DNA of 64,000 nucleotides from an uncultured Verrucomicrobiae bacterium (GTDB lineage: Bacteria; Verrucomicrobiota; Verrucomicrobiia; Chthoniobacterales; Chthoniobacteraceae). The notes beneath the pieces are model-generated. The model ran no database searches. It saw only the letters and a list, made by a program, of their open reading frames with translations, and was not told the origin of the DNA. Shown piece by piece: positions 50,239 through 59,663 of the stretch. The position numbers and the translations under genes are program-made. Position 1 is the stretch's first letter, and each line of letters opens with the position of its first letter. The stretch is taken from positions 640,001 through 704,000 of the forward strand of contig CAWIKF010000001.1 in NCBI GenBank assembly GCA_963836755.1, read 5' to 3'.

Positions 50239-51195
50239 GTGAGCGCGCATTACGACACCGTCGTCACGGTCGGCGAATGGTTCACGCGCCACTCCGAGGC
50301 GCTGCAGCTGCAACTGCTCGGTCCGGCTGTTGGATTGGACCGCATCATTCGGGAGCCAACCATTAATCGGCCGGGTTTGGCGCTCTCAGGATTTTATTCT
50401 TACTTTGCGGATAAACGCATCCAAGTCCTCGGGAGCGCGGAGCTTTCGTATTTAAAATCGCTCAAATCTGCGGAAGCAAGGGATCGTCTTCGTGAGCTCT
50501 GCAAGCATCGCATCCCCTGCATCATCATTTCGCGCAATGCGAATCCGCCGCGCCACATTCTCGACGAAGCAGCCACTGCCGGCGTCGCCGTTTTCCGCTC
50601 GCCGATGATCACGATGAAGTTCATCAACGCTGCGACGATCGCACTCGAAATGGACTTTGCTCCGACGAAATCCGAGCACGGCAGCATGGTCGATATTCTC
50701 GGCGTCGGAACTATGGTCCGCGGCTCCAGCGGCATCGGGAAAAGCGAGTGTGTGCTCGGGTTGATCGAGCGCGGGCACAGCCTCGTGAGTGACGACGTGA
50801 CGCGGCTCCGGGCGATTGAGGGCCGCGAATTGCTGGGCACTGCACCCGACCTGACGCGTCATCACATGGAAGTGCGCGGCATCGGCATTATCAACGTCAC
50901 GTCCATATTCGGCATCGCCGCCATCCGAACAGAAAAGCGGCTTGATCTGGTAGTTTCATTAAAAGATTGGCAGGACCTGGAGGAAGTGGATAGAATCGGC
51001 TTGGAACAGGAGTTCTACGAAATCCTCGGGATTCTTGTTCCACATATTACCATTCCCGTGCGCGTGGGACGCGATCTGGCTCGCCTCATCGAGGTGGCGG
51101 CGCTGGATCAAAAACTCAAGGGAATGGGACACAACAGCGCGATAGAATTTAATCAACGACTTTTAAATATCATGCAGAAAAAGGAAGCCACCTGA
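50239..51195 (+). CDS. hprK: HPr kinase/phosphorylase
   Basis: INRPGLAL, GSSGIGKSE, LVSDD, MEVRGIGII. Confidence 0.95.
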   Translation: MSAHYDTVVTVGEWFTRHSEALQLQLLGPAVGLDRIIREPTINRPGLALSGFYSYFADKRIQVLGSAELSYLKSLKSAEARDRLRELCKHRIPCIIISRNANPPRHILDEAATAGVAVFRSPMITMKFINAATIALEMDFAPTKSEHGSMVDILGVGTMVRGSSGIGKSECVLGLIERGHSLVSDDVTRLRAIEGRELLGTAPDLTRHHMEVRGIGIINVTSIFGIAAIRTEKRLDLVVSLKDWQDLEEVDRIGLEQEFYEILGILVPHITIPVRVGRDLARLIEVAALDQKLKGMGHNSAIEFNQRLLNIMQKKEAT

Positions 51196-51506
51196 TGAGC
51201 CTCACCAGCCGCAAGCCTGCTGCTGCCGGCTCGAGCCATAAAGTCACGAAGGAGCTGACCATCGTGAATCGGCTCGGTCTCCACGCACGACCCTCGGCGA
51301 TGTTCGTCAAAGTCTGCAACCGGCACAAGGCGGACGTCTGGGTGGAAAAAGACGGCGAGCAGGTCAATGGCAAAAGCATCATGGGCTTGATGATGCTCGC
51401 GGCTGGGCATGGCTCAAGGCTTCGCGTCACGTGCGATGGCGCCGATGCGGAACAGGCGCTGAAGGAAGTCGAGGAGCTTATCGCACGCAAGTTCGATGAG
51501 GAGTAA
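51195..51506 (+). CDS. ptsH: Phosphocarrier HPr
   Basis: GLHARP, NGKSIMG. Confidence 0.95.
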   Translation: MSLTSRKPAAAGSSHKVTKELTIVNRLGLHARPSAMFVKVCNRHKADVWVEKDGEQVNGKSIMGLMMLAAGHGSRLRVTCDGADAEQALKEVEELIARKFDEE

Positions 51507-51593
51507 AATGGTCGTTAAACAACATCAATGCCATGCGCGCTCCCGCATGTGTGCGTCCCGCCATCGCGGCAGCTTCGTTAAAGATCGCCGCGC

Positions 51594-53360
51594 ATGAGCG
51601 ACGAGCCGGCGTCTTCCGAAAAAAGATTTCATGGAGTAGGTGTCTCGCCCGGCATCGCGCGCGGCACCGTATTCGTTCATCGTGCCGATGACGAGGAGCC
51701 GCCGCTGCGGCACATCTCCGAGGAGCAGATTCCCAGCGAGATCGCCCGCTTCGAATCCGCACTCATCGCCACGCGCGCACAGATTTTGGAAATGCAGGAG
51801 CGCATCGCCGAGGCAATCGGCGCGAAGGATGCCGGGATTTTCGACGCCCATCTGCTCGTCGTCGAAGATCGCACGCTCATCGATGAAGTGCTGCGAACCT
51901 TGACGCGGGACAAAACAAATGTTGAACACGTGTTTCAGGCCGTCGCGAACCGTTATTCAAAAACGCTGAGCGAAATCGACGACCCGTATTTGCGCGAGCG
52001 TGCGCTCGACATCCACGACGTTGCGCGCCGCGTCGTCCATAATTTGATGGGCAAATCGACACGTGCGCTTTCCGCGGTCGACACGCCGCACGTGCTCGTT
52101 TCGCACAATCTCACTCCGTCCGATACCGCGCAGCTCAACCGCCGTCTCGTCCTTGGCTTTGCCACCGATGTCGGCAGCAAAACCTCGCACACTGCGATCA
52201 TGGCACGCTCGCTGAACATCCCGGCCGTCGTCGGGTTGCACGATGTCAGCGAGATCCTCGAGACGGGCGACCATGTCCTGCTCGATGGCTACAACGGCTG
52301 CCTCATCATCAACCCGAGCGACCAGACGCTCTGGGAATACGGTGAGCTCGAGGTCAAGCGCGGTCAGGTCGAGGAAAAACTCACCGAACTCCGCGAGACC
52401 TCGTCGACCACCGGCGATGGTCGCCACGTCATCCTCTCCGCGAATATCGAGCTGCCGGATGAAGTCGAGTTTGTCTTGAAATCGGGCGCTGAAGGCGTCG
52501 GCCTTTATCGCACAGAGTTCTTTTATTTAAACAAAACCGAGCTGCCCGACGAGGAGGAGCAATACGAAAACTACCGCAAAGTAGCGGAGCAAATTTTGCC
52601 GCACAGCGTCATCGTCCGCACGCTCGATCTCGGCGGCGACAAGTTCATGAGCGCGCTCGATCTGCCGGAGGAGCTCAACCCATTCCTCGGCTGGCGCGCG
52701 ATTCGTTTCTGCCTCGAAAAACTCGACATCTTCAAGGTCCAGCTCCGCGCAATCCTGCGCGCCAGCAGCATTGGCAACCTCCGCATGATGTATCCGATGA
52801 TCTCCGGCGTGGAGGAATTGCGCCGCGCGAATGCCGTGCTCGAGGAGTGCAAAGACGAGCTGCGCGCCGCCAATATTCCCTTCAACGAAAACATGGAAGT
52901 CGGCGCGATGATCGAGATTCCAAGCGCCGCCCTGACCGCGGACATCATCGCGCAGGAGGTCGATTTCTTCAGCATAGGCACGAACGACCTCATCCAATAT
53001 TCCATCGCCGTGGACCGAGTGAACGAGCGGATCGCGCACCTCTACGAGCCGACGCATCCCGCGATCATTCGTCTTTTGAAAATGGTCATCGACGCCGCGC
53101 ACGCGCACAATTTGTGGGTCGGCATCTGTGGCGAAATGGCTGGCGAAGTCGCCCTCACGCCGCTCCTCCTCGGCCTCGGCGTCGATGAACTCAGCACCGG
53201 CGCGGCGCTCGTCCCGCGCGTGAAACGAGCCGTGCAAAGCCTCGACATCGGCATCTGTCTGCAGCTCGTCGAGGAAGTCCTTCGCATGGAAAGTGCGGCG
53301 GAAATCCTTGCGCGCTGCGAGGTCATCGCCAAGAAACATTACCCCGAGCTGCTCGATTAA
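51594..53360 (+). CDS. ptsI: PTS enzyme I
   Basis: TSHTAIMARS, GLYRTEF, SIGTNDL, GICGEMA. Confidence 0.96.
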   Translation: MSDEPASSEKRFHGVGVSPGIARGTVFVHRADDEEPPLRHISEEQIPSEIARFESALIATRAQILEMQERIAEAIGAKDAGIFDAHLLVVEDRTLIDEVLRTLTRDKTNVEHVFQAVANRYSKTLSEIDDPYLRERALDIHDVARRVVHNLMGKSTRALSAVDTPHVLVSHNLTPSDTAQLNRRLVLGFATDVGSKTSHTAIMARSLNIPAVVGLHDVSEILETGDHVLLDGYNGCLIINPSDQTLWEYGELEVKRGQVEEKLTELRETSSTTGDGRHVILSANIELPDEVEFVLKSGAEGVGLYRTEFFYLNKTELPDEEEQYENYRKVAEQILPHSVIVRTLDLGGDKFMSALDLPEELNPFLGWRAIRFCLEKLDIFKVQLRAILRASSIGNLRMMYPMISGVEELRRANAVLEECKDELRAANIPFNENMEVGAMIEIPSAALTADIIAQEVDFFSIGTNDLIQYSIAVDRVNERIAHLYEPTHPAIIRLLKMVIDAAHAHNLWVGICGEMAGEVALTPLLLGLGVDELSTGAALVPRVKRAVQSLDIGICLQLVEEVLRMESAAEILARCEVIAKKHYPELLD

Positions 53361-53369
53361 TCGCCGCCG

Positions 53370-54032
53370 ATGAATGAGCTGATTGTCGCGCCATCCGTTC
53401 TCGCCAGCGATTTCTCGCAGATGCGGGACGAAGTCCGCCGCGCGCAAAACGCCGGCGCCGATTGGCTGCACATGGACATCATGGATGGCCATTTCGTCGA
53501 CAACATTTCCTTCGGCCCCGCGTTCGTTGCCGCCGTCCACGGCTGCGCATCCGTCCCGCTCGACGTCCATCTCATGATCGAGCGGCCCGACCATTACGTT
53601 CCGCGGTTTTCCGCGAGCGCGAGCAACATCACCGTGCACGTCGAGGCGAAACACAATGTTAACAGGACGCTGTCGCACATCCGGCAGACCGGCTGCACCG
53701 CCGGCCTCTCGCTCAATCCCGCCACGCCATTTGACGACGTCATTCCGTTCCTCGACAAAATCGACCTACTGCTCGTGATGACCGTCGTGCCGGGCTTTGG
53801 CGGGCAATCGTTCATCCCGGAAGTCGTGCCTAAGATCACCGCGGCGAATGATTACCGCCGCAAGCATGGGCTCAATTTCCGCATCGAAGTCGACGGCGGC
53901 ATCAACATGAAAACTGCGCCCATCACCATTCGCGAAGGTGCCGACACACTCGTCGTCGGCACCTACGGATTCGGCGCGGCAGACATGCGGGAAGCGCTGC
54001 TCGATCTGCGCGACGCCGCTACTGCAGGCTGA
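53370..54032 (+). CDS. rpe: Ribulose-phosphate 3-epimerase
   Basis: HMDIMDGHFV, DVHLM, PGFGGQ, EVDGG. Confidence 0.95.
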   Translation: MNELIVAPSVLASDFSQMRDEVRRAQNAGADWLHMDIMDGHFVDNISFGPAFVAAVHGCASVPLDVHLMIERPDHYVPRFSASASNITVHVEAKHNVNRTLSHIRQTGCTAGLSLNPATPFDDVIPFLDKIDLLLVMTVVPGFGGQSFIPEVVPKITAANDYRRKHGLNFRIEVDGGINMKTAPITIREGADTLVVGTYGFGAADMREALLDLRDAATAG

Positions 54033-55227
54033 TTTCGGGCGCTTCGCGAGCGAGCTCGAGCAGCGCCAGCGCCTCGCCCACCAGGAAAAGCGAACCGGTC
54101 ACCAGAACTTTGTCGCGCCGCGATTTCGCGATGCGGAGCGCCTCCGCGAGATCATGCGCGACCGCGCATTCCACATTGCCCGCCGCCGCGCAAATCTCTT
54201 CCGCGTTGCTCGAGCGCTGACTGCGAACCGGCACCGCAACAAGGAAAGCGGCGATTGGCGCCAGCGCCGCGCAGATCGCGCCAATATCCTTGTCGCGCAA
54301 AATTCCTGCGACAATCGTCGCCTTTTCCTCGCCGAAACTTTCACGCCACGTCTGCGCCAGCCGCTGCGCCGCGGCCACATTGTGCGCCCCATCGAGCACG
54401 ATCCGCTCATCCACGATTTGGAAACGCCCGGCCCAATTCACGCCGCGCAATCCCTCACGCAGCGCCGCCTCATCCACCGGAACTTTGGCCGCATCCAATG
54501 CCGCGCGCGCCAGCGCTGCATTCAGCCTTTGATGACTCCCCGGCAGCGCGATTTCAAAATCCGCCAGCGGTTGTGTGACAAAACGGAGCGAAGCACCTTG
54601 TGCGACAGCCGTTTGCCGCAGCACCTCTGCCGCTTCCGGCGCTTGCGGCGCGGAGATCACCGGCACCCCCGGCTTGATGATCCCCGCTTTCTCGCCCGCG
54701 ATCTTCTCGAGCGTCGCGCCGAGGAACGCCTGGTGATCGAGATCGATCGGCGTGATGATGCTCGCCAGCGGCGTCACCACGTTCGTCGAGTCGAGCCGCC
54801 CGCCCATCCCCGTCTCGAGCACCACCACGTCCGCAGCCGCCTGCTGGAAAAAAACCAGCGCCAGCGCCGTTGTGATCTCAAAAAAAGTCGGATGCGGCTC
54901 CCAGCCACGGACCACCGCACGGATCGCGTCCAGCCCCTTCGCCACCTCTTCTTCGCCGATCATCTCACCGCCGAGCCGGATGCGCTCGCGGAAGGTCACT
55001 AGGTGCGGCGACGTGAAAAGCCCGGTGCGCAAACCCTGCGCGCGGCAGATCGCATCAAGCATCGCGCAGACCGAGCCCTTGCCATTCGTGCCCGCTACGT
55101 GCAAAAACCGCTGCCCGCGCGGATGCCAGCCCAGCTCGCCGAGCAACGTGCGGACATTGTCGAGCCCGAGTTTGATGCCATGTTTCTGCGTGGCGTAAAG
55201 CCATGCCAATGCTTCGGGATAAGTCAT
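54019..55227 (-). CDS. folC: Folylpolyglutamate synthase / dihydrofolate synthase
   Basis: HVAGTNGKGS, TSPHL, ETGMGGRLDSTN, LDGAHN. Confidence 0.95.
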   Translation of the reverse strand: MTYPEALAWLYATQKHGIKLGLDNVRTLLGELGWHPRGQRFLHVAGTNGKGSVCAMLDAICRAQGLRTGLFTSPHLVTFRERIRLGGEMIGEEEVAKGLDAIRAVVRGWEPHPTFFEITTALALVFFQQAAADVVVLETGMGGRLDSTNVVTPLASIITPIDLDHQAFLGATLEKIAGEKAGIIKPGVPVISAPQAPEAAEVLRQTAVAQGASLRFVTQPLADFEIALPGSHQRLNAALARAALDAAKVPVDEAALREGLRGVNWAGRFQIVDERIVLDGAHNVAAAQRLAQTWRESFGEEKATIVAGILRDKDIGAICAALAPIAAFLVAVPVRSQRSSNAEEICAAAGNVECAVAHDLAEALRIAKSRRDKVLVTGSLFLVGEALALLELAREAPEISLQ

Positions 55228-55379
55228 GCGCGCGCCATGAATTTTACCATCCCGGCCGCCGCTGACCAGAGCCAGATGGCGTCAAAGTAGGGACGGCTCT
55301 TAACCTCCGGCAGTCATCTGCTTTCGATCATGGCAGTCCAGTGGCCTCGACGAACAAGCCAGTCAACCGACGAAGCTAA

Positions 55380-55697
55380 CTATCCTCCGCCTTTGAGGCC
55401 ATCGCGAAAAGCGATCGATTCCAACTCGACCCGGACAGCCTCCTCGATCGGAATCACAGGACGCGCCTCAAAGACGAACGCGGGCAGCATCGAGCAGAAC
55501 TTGTGTATGGCTGCCGGTTCATCGCACTCGAGCAGCATGTAACCACCCCAGTCGCCAACCCGGATCACGAACAGTTCGATCTTGAAACTCGCGGGAGCTT
55601 TCCATTGCGTGAAAACTTCGAGAATCCGCTTCTGGGCATTCTCGTATTCCATCGGCGATCCTTGGGGACGCTCGGTCCACGTAAGCATGTATTTCAT
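55380..55697 (-). CDS. DUF3303-like small protein (cassette-like)
   Basis: 105 aa MKYMLTW..; AGAGGA RBS; follows an attC-like site. Confidence 0.75.
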   Translation of the reverse strand: MKYMLTWTERPQGSPMEYENAQKRILEVFTQWKAPASFKIELFVIRVGDWGGYMLLECDEPAAIHKFCSMLPAFVFEARPVIPIEEAVRVELESIAFRDGLKGGG

Positions 55698-55723
55698 TTG
55701 TTTATCCTCTATGCGCGTGGTCT

Positions 55724-55778
55724 GCGTAGCGAGAACGATCTCAACTACCGGCGGAGCCTATCAGCTGCATCGGTAACT
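55724..55778 (-). other. Degenerate attC-like site
   Basis: Aligns with 59604-59663; core CAACTACCGGCGGAG is 13/15 to the shared motif. Confidence 0.6.
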
Positions 55779-55899
55779 AATTACTTAACGCACCATGAAA
55801 ATGTTCTCAGTGTGGGAGCTTTTGGACACCATAGACATTGAGCATTTAGCAGTGCCCTGAGTCAGTTATCATACGCTGCATTCATGGGACATAATGACG

Positions 55900-56090
55900 G
55901 AATGCCTTACGCAAGTCGTTCAGAAAGGGATGCGCGAATCTCTTTTACAGAAGCAGCTGGGCATCTTTTCATTTTCAAAGAGGCATGGCGAAATCCTACG
56001 TTTCACGCAAAGAAAACTTCCACTCGGATGAAGCAGAAACCGTCTTGAAAAATGCAGGCGCATTCATGCACGAATCTTTGCGATCGATCA
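55900..56090 (+). pseudogene. Frameshifted C-terminal remnant of a HEPN-like protein
   Basis: EAAGHLFIFKEAWRNPTFHAK (Rx4H), continuing after a frameshift as FHSDEAETVLKNAGAFMH. Confidence 0.45.
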
Positions 56091-56134
56091 GGCTCAGAAT
56101 ACTTTGGCACCGATCCCCGCAACGTTATCGGAGT

Positions 56135-56761
56135 CTAAACCGGCTTTTTAAGCAAGACCGACTTCTTCAGAGCCAGCGTCATGTCCCTGAGGAGTTCCTC
56201 CTCGCCGTAGGGCTTGCCTTTCGCGAGCTTGAAATTCTCCGGCCCTTGTCGGAAGAGATTAAGCGGGCCGGGATTCCGCATTTGGGTATAACGGTAAACC
56301 TTTCCATCCTGCACTAGTTTCGCATCCACGACCCCATAACCACCCGCAGGGTCGTTGCGCAAAAACAGCAGAACTTTTCCCGGTGGGAAATACTCTGCCT
56401 TATGGACGGAAACGACTTCCTTGGTCGCATTCAGCACCGTGTAAGGGCCGTTGTTGAATAAGTAGCGGCAGAATAAACCGCCATACTGGATCGTGATTTC
56501 CGCACCCGGCGCGAGATCGCCCTTGAAACTTTGCAGCACCTTGCAGCGCGTAATGGTGATCGTATCCGTCCATTTTATTAGACCCCTGGAATCCGTGATC
56601 TCGTGTGGGACATCCTTTGTCTTCACATCCTCCTCTTCGCAGTAGACGACAACATCGGAAAGCAGGATCAGCGACTCCATGCGATAGGATGGAATCAACT
56701 TTGCCCGCCCCGTAACCGCACAAACGAGAAGCATCAGGAGAGCTAGAAAACGATTCTTCAT
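56135..56761 (-). CDS. Hypothetical exported protein
   Basis: Signal peptide MKNRFLALLMLL..; ATGA overlap with upstream gene. Confidence 0.7.
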   Translation of the reverse strand: MKNRFLALLMLLVCAVTGRAKLIPSYRMESLILLSDVVVYCEEEDVKTKDVPHEITDSRGLIKWTDTITITRCKVLQSFKGDLAPGAEITIQYGGLFCRYLFNNGPYTVLNATKEVVSVHKAEYFPPGKVLLFLRNDPAGGYGVVDAKLVQDGKVYRYTQMRNPGPLNLFRQGPENFKLAKGKPYGEEELLRDMTLALKKSVLLKKPV

Positions 56762-57363
56762 CTCTGCGGCTGCGCGGCGGCGATCGGCGTTGCACTTCGC
56801 ATGCGGCGATTTTTGATGACTTCTGCCATCACCAGAAAACGCATCTCGTTGGCGTAACAATATTTGATCACCTTTCCCGAGGCGTCGATGATGCAAAACG
56901 TGGGAAATCCTTCGATGCCATAGGTGTTGTAAGTCTTGTCGGAAATGTCCTGAACCACCGCAAAAGGAACTCTTTCCTTCGTGGTAGTCTCCAGCGCCTC
57001 ATCGTAGGTATCCGTGGAAGGCATCACCCCGAGGATCGTGAGTTCACTCTGCGGGATCGTTAAAAAAAGCGAGCCTAGCTGCTGGCTGGCCGCAATGCAC
57101 CGGCCACAGTTGGCTGAGAAGAAATAGAGCACAGTCACTTTCCCTTTTTGAGTCGAGAGATCAGACGACCCTGCTTGACCGCGTGAAAGCGGAATCAAAC
57201 TTCCCGAAAACTGAACCAAAGGCGCCTTATCACCCTTGAGGATCGCGGCGCGCGTCATAGCCGCTGCATCGATCTTCCGACCCTTGGTCAAAGTGAAATC
57301 CTGCGCGCATGCATGAGCAACTGCTGCAATAAGCACCGCCGACACTATGATGGTTAGCCGCAT
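56758..57363 (-). CDS. TlpA/redoxin family thioredoxin-fold protein
   Basis: KGKVTVLYFF..NCGRC, YGIEGFPT..ID..G; signal peptide. Confidence 0.8.
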   Translation of the reverse strand: MRLTIIVSAVLIAAVAHACAQDFTLTKGRKIDAAAMTRAAILKGDKAPLVQFSGSLIPLSRGQAGSSDLSTQKGKVTVLYFFSANCGRCIAASQQLGSLFLTIPQSELTILGVMPSTDTYDEALETTTKERVPFAVVQDISDKTYNTYGIEGFPTFCIIDASGKVIKYCYANEMRFLVMAEVIKNRRMRSATPIAAAQPQR

Positions 57364-57369
57364 CGAGTG

Positions 57370-57428
57370 GTCAAACGGCACCCAGATCAGCTACAGGCGG
57401 AGGGCTTACCACGATTGCCGGGTTAGGC
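57370..57428 (-). other. attC-like site (59 bp)
   Basis: Minus strand GCCTAAC ... GCTGATC-tgggtgcc-GTTTGAC; CDF stop codon lies within R''; next ATG 6 bp after R'. Confidence 0.72.
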
Positions 57429-58379
57429 GCTGGCGTGGGCTTGCTCATGGTCCTCGCAATGTTGAACCTCCACTGTCACGTGGACAAGTTCCTCGTGCTC
57501 GCGAAGTAACTCTCGATAAGCGTCGGAAGATCTTGGCTCGTGCGCCACGATGCAGACGATGGCTGCAAACTTGCCCTCGCTAACCTGCCAAATGTGAAGG
57601 TCTGTGATGAGCGAGTTACCGTCGCTTTCTACTGCGCGGCGAATCTCGTCCGGCAGATCGGACGACGCCGGTGTGCGATCGAGCAGAATGCCACTCGTGA
57701 CCCGCAGAAGGCCATAAGCCCATGAGAAAACTACCACGCTGCCTAGAAGCCCAACCACCGGATCGAGCCACGAGCATCCAAAAAACTTCCCGGCGAGCAA
57801 GGCACCAATCGCTGCGAGAGTCGTGACGGCGTCCGCGAGGACATGGAGATAAGCCGCGCGCAGGTTCAGATCATGGTGATGCGCGTGGCCATGATTCCCG
57901 TGTCCATGTTCGTGATGATGAGAATGGCCGACATCGAGAAGCAACGCGCAAACCAGGTTGACCACCAAAGCGACGCACGCCACCCCGATGGCTTCGACGA
58001 AACGAATCGGCAACGGAAGAAAGAACCGATGCACAGATTCACCCGCCATGAGGAAGGCAACCACCGAGAGCACGATCGCGCTGGCAAAACCGCCTAACAC
58101 CCCCATCTTGCCCGTGCCGAAACTGTAGCTCGGATTACTCGCATGGCGGCGGGTGAAGTGGTAGGCGATCGCGGTGATGAGAAAGGCTGAAACGTGAGTG
58201 CCCATATGCCAGCCATCGGCGAGCACAGCCATTGAGTGAAAGACCATCCCTCCCACGATCTCGACCACCATCATCGTCGCTGCGATGCCGATGACGATGC
58301 GGGTGCGGCGTTCCGCTACCGATGAATCGAGCGTAAAGTTATGCGAGTGCTGCCAGCGGGTTTGGTCGGTGCGGTGCAT
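57423..58379 (-). CDS. dmeF: CDF family Co/Ni efflux transporter, DmeF-like
   Basis: ADGWHMGTH, His-rich loop, DLNLRAAYLHVLADA, DLHIWQ, HVTVE. Confidence 0.88.
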   Translation of the reverse strand: MHRTDQTRWQHSHNFTLDSSVAERRTRIVIGIAATMMVVEIVGGMVFHSMAVLADGWHMGTHVSAFLITAIAYHFTRRHASNPSYSFGTGKMGVLGGFASAIVLSVVAFLMAGESVHRFFLPLPIRFVEAIGVACVALVVNLVCALLLDVGHSHHHEHGHGNHGHAHHHDLNLRAAYLHVLADAVTTLAAIGALLAGKFFGCSWLDPVVGLLGSVVVFSWAYGLLRVTSGILLDRTPASSDLPDEIRRAVESDGNSLITDLHIWQVSEGKFAAIVCIVAHEPRSSDAYRELLREHEELVHVTVEVQHCEDHEQAHASA

Positions 58380-58422
58380 AGGATGAAAGGTAGGATGCTT
58401 TGGATGCGACGTAAAGACGTCT

Positions 58423-58464
58423 GGCTAAAAAAAGACCAGCTACAGGCGGAGCGCGTGTAAGTGT
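58423..58464 (-). other. Partial attC-like site (right half)
   Basis: Exact CAGCTACAGGCGGAG at 58437-58451, between two minus-strand genes; R boxes degenerate. Confidence 0.55.
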
Positions 58465-58731
58465 CTAGTTTTTTCTCTTTAGCTTCCCTTCTGCGGCCCT
58501 TGTCACCTCGATGAGTTCGACGCGTGTCTTATCGCCACCCTCGGTTTCGAGGACTACATTGCCAACTTCTTTTGAGTAATACTTGTGTTCTACGCTTCCC
58601 CTCTCGATTGCGGACCAATCCTTCGTCTTCACGCAGCTGGTGAACGAACCATAAGGCACCGTGACAGTTTCGCCGGTGCTCAATACTTGCCCCATGTCTT
58701 CCGCCTTGGCCTTCAGGTATTCCTGCCGGTA

Positions 58732-59303
58732 AGCCAGATGCCTGGTAGGAGAGGCCGGGGGAGGGGTGGAATCCATGGGTTTGAACGAGTAAACAGGCTG
58801 CCCCAGCCGAGACTGCCACGCGACGGGACGAGCTCGCAAGCCCGGACTGCCCCCGTTTCCGAACCCGCCCATAAACCGCATAAAAACCGCGAGCCTGCAA
58901 TATTACATGAAGCGGATGACATATCGCACGACGATCGTGCAGTATTACATCGTCACCATGCAGTGCTACATGACGACCGTGCAGTATTAGATCGCGACCA
59001 TGTTGTGCTGCATGACGACCGTGCAGTATTACACGACGACCATGTAGTGCTACATGGAGACCGCGCAGTATTACATGGCGACCATGCAGTGCTACATGAT
59101 GACCGTGCAGTATTACACGACGACCATGTAGTGCTACATGAAGGCGGCGCAGTATTACACGATGACCATGCAGTGCTACATGGAGACCGTGCAGTATTAC
59201 ATGGCGACCATGTAGTATTACATGGTGACCGTGCAGTATGACATTGCCGGACTTTTTGACCGCATCACGCCCATGTTACTCTGTAAACCGTCCGCTCTGG
59301 CCT
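58732..59303. mobile_element. 572-bp inserted segment carrying 21-bp array #3; diverged copy of 62802-63313
   Basis: Interrupts a gene precisely; AG dinucleotide at both junctions; no transposase or terminal inverted repeats. Confidence 0.7.
58897..59245. repeat. 21-bp tandem array #3 (16 units plus a partial; 42-bp higher-order period)
   Basis: Alternating GCAGTATTACATGGCGACCAT / GTAGTGCTACATGGAGACCGT-type units. Confidence 0.95.
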
Positions 59304-59603
59304 AGGTTCGCCGGGGTGAGGGTTGGATTGCATCACGATGCCCGGCTTGGCTCCGTCGATAGCAGCTTCCCATGAGCCATCTTTGCTGGCCTTCTTGCCT
59401 TTCTTGTATTCCGTCGAATCCTCGCCGAAATACCAGACATTGCCTGCCTTATCCTGAGCATACCAATCGTAGGTCTCCTCGATGAGTTGATCGTTGTGCC
59501 ACACCCGATCCCATACCAGCGATAAATACCAAGATGTCAAAAACGGTGTATCCGGCGTTGGCCTGTCTGGAATCATTCGGTGAAATCATACACGCACGGA
59601 ATC

Positions 59604-59663
59604 GCCCAGCGAGAATAACATCAGCTACAGGCGGAGCCTGTTAGCTGCAGCGCACGGTTAGGC
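59604..59663 (-). other. attC-like site (60 bp, best conserved)
   Basis: GCCTAAC-cgtgc-GCTGCAGCT-A-ACAGGC-tcc-GCCTGT-AGCTG-atgttattctc-GCTGGGC; hairpin with an unpaired base; upstream ORF stops 10 bp before R''. Confidence 0.75.

Larger units (their letters stand above)
58465..59520 (-). pseudogene. Hypothetical gene, 5'-truncated and split by a 572-bp insertion
   Basis: ..WYAQDKAGNVWYFGE..GIVMQSNPHPGEP (to 59304) joins seamlessly to YRQEY..AEDM..TVPYGSF..EHKYY (from 58731). Confidence 0.8.

Noticed and set aside
52527..53678. Long antisense or overlapping ORFs (e.g. 230..1099, 7530..8543, 53938..55002, 60882..61895)
   Set aside because: Shadows of well-supported genes, expected in high-GC DNA
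55344..55379. Fifth attC-like site downstream of the DUF3303-like gene
   Set aside because: Only faint resemblance; the shared 15-mer is absent
58585..59241. His-rich 218-aa ORF as a metal-binding partner of DmeF
   Set aside because: Its N-half is antisense to a real gene and crosses the insertion junction; the sister copy is frameshifted. Kept only as a hypothesis under the array findings
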